A stretch of DNA of 54,398 nucleotides, the filler included, from Stramenopiles sp. TOSAG23-3 (Eukaryota): assembly GCA_900128585.1 (NCBI GenBank). It is 4 parts of 4 records of this genome, joined end to end, with 100 filler letters (N's around TTAATTAATTAA, not from the genome) between each part and the next. Parts side by side here need not be neighbours in the genome. Positions count along the whole stretch, not along the records: positions 25,118 to 50,117 come from LT642295.1; positions 50,218 to 52,258 come from LT645133.1; 2 more parts are not named here. One strand, 5' to 3'. This document shows, piece after piece, positions 40,960-51,519 of this stretch (position 1 is the stretch's first letter; every line of letters starts with the position of its first letter). The notes below the pieces were generated by a model, which did not search any database, was not told the origin of the DNA, and worked only from the letters and a program-made list of their open reading frames with translations. The position numbers and the translations under genes were made by a program.

Positions 40960-43900
40960 TCATTCATCTCTCATCGTCTCTCGTCCCCCCCACTTCCCTA
41001 CGTTGACATCGCTGCTTGAATCTGAGGAGTCGTCCTCAACATCACTAAACAATCCGTAACCATGTTCCACGAGCTTCTGAATATCCGGTTTTGTTTTCTT
41101 TTTGTCCCGGTCGCAGTCGAACGTATCCTCGAACGTCGAGAAAGCGGAAGTCGACGCACCATTGCGCGTTGCTTCGGACCACCTTGGCAAGAGCGCCGCT
41201 CTCGGCACTTCGGATTTTACGCCAGCTTCTTTCCGTACAATAGTTTCGTGACGAAAATTGGCGTTAATTGGCTTTTGCTTTCGTTTTCGCTTACTTCTTC
41301 GTAATATTTGGGGCGTTTCGTCATGCATGCTGCTAGCTGCGGGACTCGAGGCATTTATCTTGTACATCGTTTCAACGTCGTCGAACGTTGCAGTATGGTC
41401 TGAACTTGGCCCAGCGACTTGCCCGCCACGTGCATTTCTTTGCAGCAGTTCTGCTTTAGCAACGTGGTATAAAGGCGAGTCTGCAAAACGAAAGTCCGTC
41501 CAACGTTCATTTTCTCTTTCTTCGACAATTTTTACTGCATGGTTACTGGGGTTCTGGGACAATTGGGAAATTAAATCCTTGTAATTTTTTTTTTCCGTGC
41601 TACTCTGCAAACACTCTTTGATTGACCTGAAGCACGAGATCTGCCGTTCAGTGGCCCGTACTTGTCTACCCAAAATAAATGCACATTTGTGAATCAAAGG
41701 GTTCGATTCGCTATTTCCGCCAATAGCGATAGAAGGGTACATATCTGCGAGGAAATCCAACTCCTTCTTCGACCAACTGTCTCTGGCGCCGTAACGCAAG
41801 AGCCCCTTTCGCATTTTTTTGTGTTTCTGTATAATCTCTCTTTTCTCCGGTTCTTTGTCCCGTGTCGTCGGCAGCCTGTTCCCATACACAAACGCTAATT
41901 TTTTCCAGATTGTGCCAGCTAGAGGAAAGTGGTTTCTTAGAAATTCTTCTAACACCTGTTTTTCCCTGTCTAAACTTTCTTTTTCTCTTTGCATACGCAT
42001 ATTGCTTTGGAGTGCGGCCCCTTTTAAATCTGCGTACGCGCCTCTCTTTGTAAGCAACGTCGACGGCTTGTGCCTTGGTGTAGTCAGTAAATGCTGCACA
42101 CACGTTTCCCGCTTCTTGACCGCATCGTTGTCCAGTGTTTTCCTGGTTCTTTTTACAAAGACTGGTTCTGACGTTTTTTTATTTATAGATAGGATTACGT
42201 TACTTGTCTTTGTCAACGCACTGCTGTACAAACCTTCGGCTGCCGTTGTTCGCATGTCGTCCCTTTGCAGCCGCAGCCAATCTTCATGCAATTCGTGCAC
42301 GGCCTTGTTCGCCCACAGCGTTATACGTGGGCAGTGCAACCCTTCAGACACCAAAGTATTCAAGCGTCCAAATATTTGCATCCACATCTCCCCGTGCACC
42401 GTGATGTCTTTATTTTCTGGAATGTCGAAGGCAACGAACATATCCGTTAAGATTCGAGAGTGATCTTCTGTGTGATATGACTGCCCTCTTCCACCCATGG
42501 ACCCTGATATTACCACAACATTTTTTACACGTGCGTTTTTGAGAGCAGTCAAGGTCGCTTTTATATTTTGCCTTTTGCTCAGTTTGTAACCCACAGGGTC
42601 TAGTATCTGTTCGTCCGATGAGGCAATATTAATGAGACTATTTAGAACCTTATCCTTATGCCTGTCGTTGCATACTACGATTTTTTGTCCCTTGTGATTG
42701 AGAGTTACAATTACAAGGTCCTCTCCCCTGTACCTCTCTCTTATTGCTTCTTGCAATTTTTCTTGATTAATGATGGGACTAATTGTTTTGTTTGTTATGA
42801 TCAGCGCTTGTCTGTACTGATCGATGCCGTTGCCCGTTGTACCACGAAGCATGTCGTCCACCATCTCGCATATACCATCGAAATCGATTCGCCATCCCCT
42901 TTTCTCCCGGTTTCCATTTTTTATTTTCGTATTTATGCTTCTTACTCTATCAAGTAAATTGCATTGGTCTGAATAGTGTTCCAGAGTGCGTTTGGATGGC
43001 GATTTGATGGAAATGACCCCCTTACTACTTCGCTGTACTTTGAACCCGTATAAAATGGGCTGGCCTATTGTTTCGCCCACGTCTAGCCGATTTCCATGCT
43101 CTTGCACACGTGCGATCATATTGTCCCAGACATGCGGACTGCACCATTCGGTCTCCAAAATTACTCTCCTGTACGTTTCAGTAATCGTTTCATTCTCCGT
43201 GTTTTCGCGAAATGTTACTATGCTTCGTATTATAAACGGTTGAGAGGGGTGAGCGGACGAGCTATCAATTTGAGCTTTGTAAGCGGCATAGTTCGAAGGC
43301 ACGTCCATAACAATTATGTGAGGCTGTACTCCTTCAATACTGTTCACGCAGAGCGCTCCTGGCGTAGCTGTTATAAACATTACTGCGAAAACGTGGGCCC
43401 CAATCCCGCTTTTTCTGATTGTTTCGACGCTGATCTCCTCCGATTCAGAACTGCTGCGATCCTCTTCGCTACTGGACGATTCTTCTAGCCGTCCATGCCA
43501 GGTTAGGCGCTCCCCTTTGTTCGCATTACGCCCAGGAGATGCGGCAGACATGTCCGCTTCATCCATGATTAAAATAAATCTTTTTTTCTGTTCGATTCCG
43601 TCGTATTTGTGTCCCCTTCCATTCAACTGGTGGAGTATAGGATCTTTTCGTTCTTTGTCTTTGATATAGAATTTGGCGTTTTGGCCGGCTGCGAATCTTG
43701 CCCCTCTCGGGCGTATATCAGATTTAGTAAGTTCATACTCCGTCAAATCCCTGCACCGAAATTTGCATGTGTTGTCGGAAGTGGAAATTATACGCCCTGG
43801 GAAAACTTTCTGAGAGGTCCTAATATGACTGTGAAACATCCTTTTAATATGTGAAGCATTGTTCAGAGCAACAATTGCAAAACGAATGGGCCCTTTCGTC

Positions 43901-46878
43901 GCAAGGTTTATTTTTTTTTCGTCTGTTTTAGTTTTTAACTGATATTTTTTAATATCTTTCTCATCCGGAAACTTAGCTTTCAGCAGTTTTTCTATGTCTC
44001 CATTAAGGACTTCTATTGCTTCGATCATGTCTTTTTTTCCAGCATAGAGCCCTCCCGAGTTCCGCACAAACAGCACTGGAAGGCACCCCAAAACAAAAAT
44101 GGAATCCCATGCGCACTTTGCAGCTTCCGATGATTTCCCTGATTGTGTGAGACCAAACACAATGTTTTCGATGGTGCTGTTCCCTTCGTCCTTTTTTCGT
44201 CGCACTTTCATATTTCGGGAGGCGTATTTGGCATCTTTGATGTGCTTCGCTTTATCCTTTTCGATAGATAATTGCCCCCAGAGCCATTTCACGATCTTGA
44301 TTTCTAGTGGGCTTTTCAGCTGCGACAAGGTATAATCCACTTCTTCTCGGGACAGAGAGAACTGTGACGCAGTCCCAGGGTGCAAGCAGCCTGTAGGGCT
44401 GATGGACGGGAGCGGGTCCGAGACGTGGGCCGGTGGTGGATATATTAACCTCCACTGATCGTCCTCAAATTCCTCCATGTTGACCTCTGTTAACGCATCG
44501 AAGTGATTTTCATCATACATCACATAGCTGCATTCTTGCCGTTCGTCATACAGCCATTCGGAAAACAAGCGCCAACGTTCATTTTCATTTGTTGGATTTT
44601 TATGGTAAAGTGCAATAGGGATATTAAAAAGCACAGAAAGCATTTCTATTTCTGTGTGCTGTGCCCAACCGTCTCTTTTGTTTTTGCCGATCGAAGCGCG
44701 TGCAATAGCAGCATCGACTTCTTGCTGCCCTATCCTATTTACAAGCTGCCAGTAGTCGTTGTTCGATTCGTTCAAATTAGCCAATACTTTCCGCAGGGAA
44801 CATCCTGTGAACTCCGGGTTGCACGTTTTTATGCTCGTTCCCAGCTTGGAAATGGCGCTTTGTCGACGGTCTTTAGATTGATTCATGATATGGTGTGCTA
44901 CTGAAGTGTACCCACAGTCGCCATCGGTTCGGACCAGGAGGCGTAATGCAGAATTTTTCCGCTGCCAACATTTTGAGTCGTCAATGCCAATCTTTAAAAT
45001 TACCCTTATCCTCCTTCCACCGATGCCCCTAGTGACTAAATGCAATGTGTCACCTGCCCCCAAACCCAACTCTGCGGCTGTTGTAGTTTTATCCAAATCT
45101 TTTCCTTGAAAGAGGACGCGGAACTCTCTGTGCAGTTCAGTTTGCTTTCGGGGGGGGATCTGTATTGCATCCATCCATTTACTTCGGATGATGTGGGCAT
45201 TGTCGCTCGGTTCGCATTTTATTATAATGATCGGTTTGTTCATGTACTTTATGCATATGTCAAAAGTGACGTCCCCAGTTAGGTCTATAGTTTCTGGCAC
45301 GTTTTTTTCGGTACAATTGCCTGGTTCATCTTTGGCGGAAACAGTTCGCAAATCGTTATTTGGCTGTGTTTTCCCGACCGCTCGTCGGCTTCGTTGCCGG
45401 GATCGGCGATGACGACGGTTGTGTTTTACAGTGTCTTCCCTGCGGGCGTTTGCCGGAGGGGAAGCGGCCGAGGGTTGTTCTTCTTGGTCAACTGGGCGTT
45501 TGGGAATTTTACGACAAATAATGTACAGAAAAAACACTGCCAAGGTCACTTCCCGGGGCGCAGCAACCTGCAAACCGCGCCATGACAATCGACCACGTAA
45601 CCATGCCCACCCGCTTTCGCTCGGCATGCGGCGAAAAAACTCGAGCGGCCTGCTGGTGCTACGGATCTCGTTCGCCAAGGTGCGAAGCGGGTGCAACACG
45701 TACGTTTCGTAACGAGTCGCCATGTATTTGGTGGCGCCCGGGATGCCCTCATTCAAAAGTGAGTGAAACTGTTCCAACACGTACGTTCGATAAAGCGCTC
45801 CTCCGCGGGATAAGAGAATTCCTACGCTGGATAAGTCTTCCTGGCCCGGGGCATGAGCACTGTGGTTTTGACCACCAATACCCTTTTCCCCGACGTACGT
45901 TTTTCCACCGGCAGCACAAGTTCCCTGGGCGTGCCCTAACTTCCGACATTTAGGGGTTTCTTCTTTTGTGGCTTCAGCTTCAGGCGTAGGGAAAATTTCG
46001 CCAAACTCAAAGTTCTTTAAAGCCCCGTTCGCAGCAGCGTCGTATGACACCTTTGCTCCAGTGGAATCAAGACTCGATGACACGAGGAGCACGAGGAGTG
46101 CACGCCCAATCAGAGACGACACCTTCCCTTTTCGACCGGTCACTCTAGCAGTCTTAATTGCTTTTGTGCTTGTGAAAATTGACCAGGCGGGCTTTGCGCT
46201 AATATGTTGCGCAGGCAAGGCAACTCCCAAGTTCGAACATTTCTTTCGCGAGCCACGTAGAAAATTACATAGCGAGAACCATAGTGTTTTCACCGCACTC
46301 TTCCAAAACCGGAAGGAGGGTGGTTCCTTTCGTTCAAGTTCGCGCCTTTCTGTAGCAACGCGGCCGATTGCCCGCACCCGGAATTCGATGGCAGGGGGAA
46401 GTGGCTCTGCAAGTAGCTCCTGTTCGATCGCAGAGGCATCCTCTGACACAAACTTCGTGCAAATGGCCTCAACCTCTTTCAAGGGGAGGGCGTCCGGGTG
46501 GCCGGCCTTTTCCCCTTTCGTGCGTTCTACGCCGTTGCCATTGGAGTGGCCAACCTTCCGTTCGACCGGGAGAGAGGCAGGCACCTGGGTTAAAACCTTT
46601 ACATGGTTGTCGGCATGACCTGAGATGTAGTAACTCAATGTTTTAACTGTGCCGCTTCGATCTTGTGGGATACGAACAACTCCCGGTGTTGACGGACAGT
46701 GCTGGTCGATGGAAGTGAAGCGGTTGTTTGGATCCGAATAAAGACGAAGTTGCTTCTTCGTCATTATCCTCATCGTCGTTTCTAGGACTCCTTTGTATTT
46801 ACCTGTATGTTGGGATTTACAGCGGGATACCACCAGGGCCCAGGGTTGGGTGGCGCATTGGCGGATGTCGGACGGCAT
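40960..46878 (-). CDS. 1972-aa multidomain protein: hydrophobic segments - ubiquitin-like (GG) - OTU protease - Z1-type SF2 helicase/ATPase - Myb-like repeat
   Basis: Uninterrupted 5.9-kb ORF. Ubl: RVLFQGKDL...GAGDTLHLVTRGIGG. OTU: DGDC...WAQHTEI...HFD. Helicase motifs: GLTQSGKS, IMDEAD, ITATP, SGSMGGRG, MQIFGRL. Myb-like: WSKKELDFL...LGRQVRATERQ. Confidence 0.78.
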   Translation of the reverse strand: MPSDIRQCATQPWALVVSRCKSQHTGKYKGVLETTMRIMTKKQLRLYSDPNNRFTSIDQHCPSTPGVVRIPQDRSGTVKTLSYYISGHADNHVKVLTQVPASLPVERKVGHSNGNGVERTKGEKAGHPDALPLKEVEAICTKFVSEDASAIEQELLAEPLPPAIEFRVRAIGRVATERRELERKEPPSFRFWKSAVKTLWFSLCNFLRGSRKKCSNLGVALPAQHISAKPAWSIFTSTKAIKTARVTGRKGKVSSLIGRALLVLLVSSSLDSTGAKVSYDAAANGALKNFEFGEIFPTPEAEATKEETPKCRKLGHAQGTCAAGGKTYVGEKGIGGQNHSAHAPGQEDLSSVGILLSRGGALYRTYVLEQFHSLLNEGIPGATKYMATRYETYVLHPLRTLANEIRSTSRPLEFFRRMPSESGWAWLRGRLSWRGLQVAAPREVTLAVFFLYIICRKIPKRPVDQEEQPSAASPPANARREDTVKHNRRHRRSRQRSRRAVGKTQPNNDLRTVSAKDEPGNCTEKNVPETIDLTGDVTFDICIKYMNKPIIIIKCEPSDNAHIIRSKWMDAIQIPPRKQTELHREFRVLFQGKDLDKTTTAAELGLGAGDTLHLVTRGIGGRRIRVILKIGIDDSKCWQRKNSALRLLVRTDGDCGYTSVAHHIMNQSKDRRQSAISKLGTSIKTCNPEFTGCSLRKVLANLNESNNDYWQLVNRIGQQEVDAAIARASIGKNKRDGWAQHTEIEMLSVLFNIPIALYHKNPTNENERWRLFSEWLYDERQECSYVMYDENHFDALTEVNMEEFEDDQWRLIYPPPAHVSDPLPSISPTGCLHPGTASQFSLSREEVDYTLSQLKSPLEIKIVKWLWGQLSIEKDKAKHIKDAKYASRNMKVRRKKDEGNSTIENIVFGLTQSGKSSEAAKCAWDSIFVLGCLPVLFVRNSGGLYAGKKDMIEAIEVLNGDIEKLLKAKFPDEKDIKKYQLKTKTDEKKINLATKGPIRFAIVALNNASHIKRMFHSHIRTSQKVFPGRIISTSDNTCKFRCRDLTEYELTKSDIRPRGARFAAGQNAKFYIKDKERKDPILHQLNGRGHKYDGIEQKKRFILIMDEADMSAASPGRNANKGERLTWHGRLEESSSSEEDRSSSESEEISVETIRKSGIGAHVFAVMFITATPGALCVNSIEGVQPHIIVMDVPSNYAAYKAQIDSSSAHPSQPFIIRSIVTFRENTENETITETYRRVILETEWCSPHVWDNMIARVQEHGNRLDVGETIGQPILYGFKVQRSSKGVISIKSPSKRTLEHYSDQCNLLDRVRSINTKIKNGNREKRGWRIDFDGICEMVDDMLRGTTGNGIDQYRQALIITNKTISPIINQEKLQEAIRERYRGEDLVIVTLNHKGQKIVVCNDRHKDKVLNSLINIASSDEQILDPVGYKLSKRQNIKATLTALKNARVKNVVVISGSMGGRGQSYHTEDHSRILTDMFVAFDIPENKDITVHGEMWMQIFGRLNTLVSEGLHCPRITLWANKAVHELHEDWLRLQRDDMRTTAAEGLYSSALTKTSNVILSINKKTSEPVFVKRTRKTLDNDAVKKRETCVQHLLTTPRHKPSTLLTKRGAYADLKGAALQSNMRMQREKESLDREKQVLEEFLRNHFPLAGTIWKKLAFVYGNRLPTTRDKEPEKREIIQKHKKMRKGLLRYGARDSWSKKELDFLADMYPSIAIGGNSESNPLIHKCAFILGRQVRATERQISCFRSIKECLQSSTEKKNYKDLISQLSQNPSNHAVKIVEERENERWTDFRFADSPLYHVAKAELLQRNARGGQVAGPSSDHTATFDDVETMYKINASSPAASSMHDETPQILRRSKRKRKQKPINANFRHETIVRKEAGVKSEVPRAALLPRWSEATRNGASTSAFSTFEDTFDCDRDKKKTKPDIQKLVEHGYGLFSDVEDDSSDSSSDVNVGKWGGRETMRDE

Positions 46879-47199
46879 GGTGTTCGTAGCGCGCGTGGGT
46901 TTTGCGTGATTAAAAATTGTTTGAATGTTTGAATATAACTTTTAAAACTGATTATGTTTGTGTATGTCTATTTTTTTCTTTCTTTCATTTATAACATTTT
47001 TCTTTCTTTCAACTGTCGGTGTGGAGATGGACCAACACTTGGATTGGTGAGATTGTTGTACGATAATAAAAGGCTGACAGAGGAGGGATGAAGTAATTGA
47101 GATTTTGAAGAAATTCAGAATGAGATGTGTTCAGATCTCTTATTCTATGCTGTGTTAGTGTTAAGTGCTATTGTTGAAGATAAAAAACATAAAACATTA

Positions 47200-47385
47200 A
47201 TGCTATTGGGTGTATTTATGAAAACTGTAACAAAAACTTTTTGTAAAATTTACAAACATTTTTGTAAATAACCCTATTTCTATCAAGATGTTTATGCTAT
47301 TGGGTGTATTTATGAAAACTGTAACAAAAACTTTTTTTGTAAAATTTACAAACAATTTTGTAAATAACCCTAATTCTATCTAGAC
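47200..47385 (+). repeat. ~94-bp tandem duplication (2 copies) with imperfect internal inverted repeat
   Basis: atgctattgggtgtatttatgaaaactgtaacaaaaac...gtaaataacccta starts at both 47200 and 47294. Confidence 0.9.
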
Positions 47386-47830
47386 TTTATTAAATTAATG
47401 TTCCAAAAGAAATAAGAAACCAAAAGAAGACTCGTCGCATTAATTAATTATATTTACCGTACGAGGTAAAAAATACCGCAAGAAGAAGGAGAAGAAGATG
47501 AAGAAGAAGTAGAAGAAAGAAGAAAAGAAGAAGAAGTAGAAGAAAGAAGAAGAAGAAGAAGAAGAAGAAAAGGAAGAAGAAAGAAGAAGAAAAATATTAT
47601 CATCATCATCATCCACCATGTTGTCGTCGTCGAGAAAAAAGGAAGAAGTGTTGTTGCATGTTTATAGTAGTATATATATACCCTTGTTGAACCCATTCAT
47701 ATGTATGGAAGAAGATGTGTATCCATTTGAAGAGAAGCTAGAGTGATTTATAGTAGAAATTTGAAGCAACAGGATACGGCAGATTTTGCGCAAACTGTAA
47801 CCACGATCCTCTCTAAAGCAAAACTTGGAT

Positions 47831-50117
47831 ATGATGGATGATGGATGGATGGACAACTATCTAAGTGACCAGTCTGATGACGACTCGGAACCAAACTTTG
47901 CGAGTTCTCAATTCGATGGGACGCACTCTCCTGCGACCTTGCAACTGAAAAGACCACCCCTTAATGCCTCTGTACTAGAAGACCCATCAGGTAAATGCTT
48001 AAAAATCATTCTCACCGCACCGTCAAATAACTCTGTTAGTTTTGAGTATTTGCCACTTGACGTTGAGGGGAAGGGAAAGAAGTGTTCATGGGCTTTCAGG
48101 AAATCTACTGGTGAACAAAGTGCTTCGTGCAACAGTAACCAGAAGTTTTTTCGTACTGCCGGGTTCTACTATTTGCTGTGCCAAGATTCGCTTGGAACCC
48201 CTACAGAGCAGAAAAAATTTCTGTACGAAGGGCATGAGTATACTCACGTAAGAGTGAGTAGAGACGCTGAAGCCAAGAAAAGGAAAGGGGGCCCAAAGCT
48301 GGGGAAGAACACGGGACCCAAGCGCCAGCGCTCCACGGCCAGCCCTGAAGGACGGATTGGAAACCCAGGTCAAAGTTCGAGCAGTGGCGCTGGGCTGGAG
48401 AGAGCGGTTGACGTGTTGGCCACTGATAGTGACACCACTGCAATCGATGGCGAAGGAACGAATTTACCAACGGAATTTTCAATGGGCGGTTATGCTGTTG
48501 AGCTAAAGCTGGTTATGCAACATGAACAGAGGGGTTTTGCAAGCATACCAGATCCAGAAAAATGGAAATCTCTTTACCATAAAAATGATGGTCAGGCAAC
48601 CTCCCTCGTGACAGTCTTTTCAGGACAGACGTTTCAGGATATCAGTGATTTGGAGAAGAAGATATCCTACAAAGATTTAATATCCGATGAAATAACTGAT
48701 TCGATATGCAGAGTACTTCAAGAAGGTAAGGACATTTGCGATCAAATAAGGCGCAGATCATATGACTTCAACATCTGGAATTATAAGCGACATTACAGGA
48801 CACCAAAATACGAACGTTTGTCTGTAAGCTCAATCGAACCGGTATATGATTGGTTCAATATCATATGGCATGACAATAGACGGACAGGGTTCTTGGGCCT
48901 TGCCCCGAAGGGTCCCGGAAAGAAATCCAAAGAAGGGACTTCTTTAAAAACTACTGCCTCTGAATCTACGACTCCAGGTTCGCCACCTTCTGGTACCCCG
49001 TCACGTACTGCTTCCTCACCAGAACGTGAAGGCAGTAAGAGTTTACCTTCTGCTAGTTCTAGTCCAACCGACATGATGGATTCCCTAGCGAATTATGCCT
49101 ACGACGCCTTTCCCCGAAAATCTCTCGTTGAAAAATTTATATACAAGGTATGCAACCAAGATTTTCTTACCCGTCAAAAACTTATTCTTCAGCTTGCGCA
49201 TATGAGGAACAAGCATAGCAACCTAAACGATTCATATGTTGGTTTGGGCGAACTGCAAGATCTAAAGAAGGATGGACCGAAAATATTTTCATACGGACAC
49301 TCCCTGCGGGACTCAAAGTTCCAGTCCTCCTTGCTAATCTTGGCCGCGAAACTTCACGACAGCTACGCCGTTGGAGTCCTATTGAGCCTGGGCTTTGACC
49401 CCATGGTGCAGGATATAAATGGTGACACATTTTTGCATCATGCCATCCGTGATAATTTTGAAGACGTTGTCATGGAGGCGCTTAAACATGGGTCTGCAGA
49501 GAATTTGAAGTGCATTGAAAACAACAAGGGGGAGACATCCCTGTCTTTGTCCCAGTTTTGTTCGTTAAAAATATTCGCGCTACAAGAGGGGGTGTCAGAA
49601 GGTCATGATTGGCATTATGTAGTGCCGAAAACTGCACCCAAAGAGTTCAAGAATGTCCGTGAAATTGTGCTCGAAGCGGCGAAAAGACTTTCGGGGATGT
49701 TAAACTTTGCATCCATAGCGTTTAAGAATGACCATGAAATTGTGCTCGAAGCTGTGAAAAAGTATGGGTTGGCGTTACAATATGTACCCCAGGCGTTGAA
49801 AAAGGACCGAAAATTTGTGCTCGAAGCGGTGAAAAGTGATGGGTTGGCGTTAGAAATTGTTTTCGAAGCGGTGAAACCGTATGGGTTCGCGTTAAAATAT
49901 ACATCCGAAAAATTTCAGAAAGACCGTAAAATTGTGTTCGAAGCGGTGAAACGTTATGCGGTGGCGTTACAATATGCATCCGAAGAGTTGAAGAAAGACC
50001 GTGAAATTGTGTTCAAAGCGGTGAAACAGTATGGGTTGGCGTTACAATATGCATCCGAAGAGTTGAAGAAAGACCGTGAAATTGTGTTCGAAGCGGTGCA
50101 ACGTGATGGGCGTGCGT
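47831..50117 (+). CDS. Ankyrin-repeat + DUF4116-repeat protein, 3'-truncated at contig end
   Basis: Ankyrin-like LLILAAK...QDINGDTFLHHAI...NNKGETSL (~49330-49550). Tandem ~25-aa ALQYASEELKKDREIVFEAVK units typical of DUF4116 (~49630-50117). Confidence 0.8.
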
Positions 50118-50217
50118 NNNNNNNNNNNNNNNNNNNNNNNNNNNNNNNNNNNNNNNNNNNNTTAATTAATTAANNNNNNNNNNNNNNNNNNNNNNNNNNN
50201 NNNNNNNNNNNNNNNNN
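50118..50217. other. Artificial contig linker
   Basis: N44-TTAATTAATTAA-N44. Confidence 0.97.
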
Positions 50218-50367
50218 GGGGGGGGGGGGATTGTTGTTCTCTCAGTTCTTTTTTTTCTTTCTTCTGTTGTTGGTTTGTCGTATCCTTAATATTAAACATC
50301 ATGAAACATTTGTAAACAGTTGTTTCTATATATATAATTATTATAATATTTATCACATAAGGATTAA

Positions 50368-51519
50368 TCAATCCTTCCCTTCTTCTTCTTCCGCAATAAT
50401 AATGGGAGGAATTGTTATGTGTTCAATAAATCGTGGAACAACAGACTTTCTGTCCTCCATTCTTGAATTCCGTTTCGGTTTGACCAGTTTGGCATTTTCC
50501 CATATATTTGAGTTTCTAATTGATGTCATTTTTTCTACTTTGGTTGTTGAAGGCGGGGTTCCTTTACTCGAACTCCCCGCTTCTTTCTTAGCTTTTGTTG
50601 GGGGTGGAGTGTCCGATTTCAACATTCTAGAGTACTGGGTGCAGGTTTTGTTGACAGAGGACGCGTCGGACGGGACACCGCTGCAGGCCTTGACCATCAT
50701 GTTCACGGCAAGATTGGATGGCTTTAATGCGGACAAAAACAAGTCCGATGATTTTGCCCAGAGAATAAAGTCGTCATAGCTAATTTGCGTCCCTGCTAAG
50801 GACTTTTTATTGGCCGTGGCGAGCAACGCGACCACTGCTTTCGCGTTCTCCGCTTGCCTAGCTTTTAGTTCACGAAGAGCCAGGCCTATTTTTTCCCCAA
50901 CAATCAGTTTTAGCCTTTCGTCCATGTTGGCATCAACGGTCCGCCCTAAGCTTGTTATCATCGCCTGCGCGCTGAGGTAGGAACGGTTTACCACGAACTG
51001 CTGGCACTCAGCGGACGTAAGCAGTCTCATGTTCCGCTTCATAAAGTTCAAAATAGTATCCTCGGTGACGTAAGGTTTGCCACTCCTGTGTGTTATTTCG
51101 TTAAACGTGTACCGCAACAAATCCCTCGTTTCTCCTTTGAAATACGTTGCAATACCGACTATAAACTCGTCAAATAGCATCCTTCCATTCCGGTCAAAGT
51201 TCATACTTTGGAATAAGACCGATGCCAAAACCTCCTTCATCTCCTTATCGTCAGTCGGAACGTTCGGGAAAACGTTAAACTGAGTCCCGTGCAAACCTAC
51301 CATAGCACTGACAAAACTATCTTTGTCCAAATAAGAGTACTTTCTGTCGTGATCGTTTAATGCATGGGCACCGAACAGATCACGAAGATGCAACAACTCC
51401 GCCTCCAACAAGTGCAATTCAACACCTTCATGCTTTCTCGAATCGACCACGAACTGTTCGACCGTCTGCTCAGGCGTCGGCAAAAATCGCGCACTTCTCC
51501 GCGAACCTTTATTTCCCAT
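50368..51519 (-). CDS. N-myristoylated EF-hand protein (calcineurin B / NCS-like)
   Basis: The ATG at 51519 gives MGNKGS (MGxxxS myristoylation consensus). EF-hand LFQSMNFDRNGRMLFDEF; degenerate hands YLDKDSF, YVTEDTI and QISYDDFILW. Confidence 0.72.
   Translation of the reverse strand: MGNKGSRRSARFLPTPEQTVEQFVVDSRKHEGVELHLLEAELLHLRDLFGAHALNDHDRKYSYLDKDSFVSAMVGLHGTQFNVFPNVPTDDKEMKEVLASVLFQSMNFDRNGRMLFDEFIVGIATYFKGETRDLLRYTFNEITHRSGKPYVTEDTILNFMKRNMRLLTSAECQQFVVNRSYLSAQAMITSLGRTVDANMDERLKLIVGEKIGLALRELKARQAENAKAVVALLATANKKSLAGTQISYDDFILWAKSSDLFLSALKPSNLAVNMMVKACSGVPSDASSVNKTCTQYSRMLKSDTPPPTKAKKEAGSSSKGTPPSTTKVEKMTSIRNSNIWENAKLVKPKRNSRMEDRKSVVPRFIEHITIPPIIIAEEEEGKD

Noticed and set aside
40960..46878. 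Calling the 1972-aa ORF a Helitron, a DEAD-box RNA helicase or an OTU1/YOD1 orthologue
   Set aside because: No HUH Rep or PIF1 motifs; lacks DEAD-box Q-motif, PTRELA, SAT and HRIGR; far larger than YOD1 and without its C2H2 finger.
49630..50117. Regularly spaced ~75-bp DNA repeats resembling a CRISPR array
   Set aside because: They are in-frame coding DUF4116 repeats without unique spacers; the context is eukaryotic and there are no cas genes.
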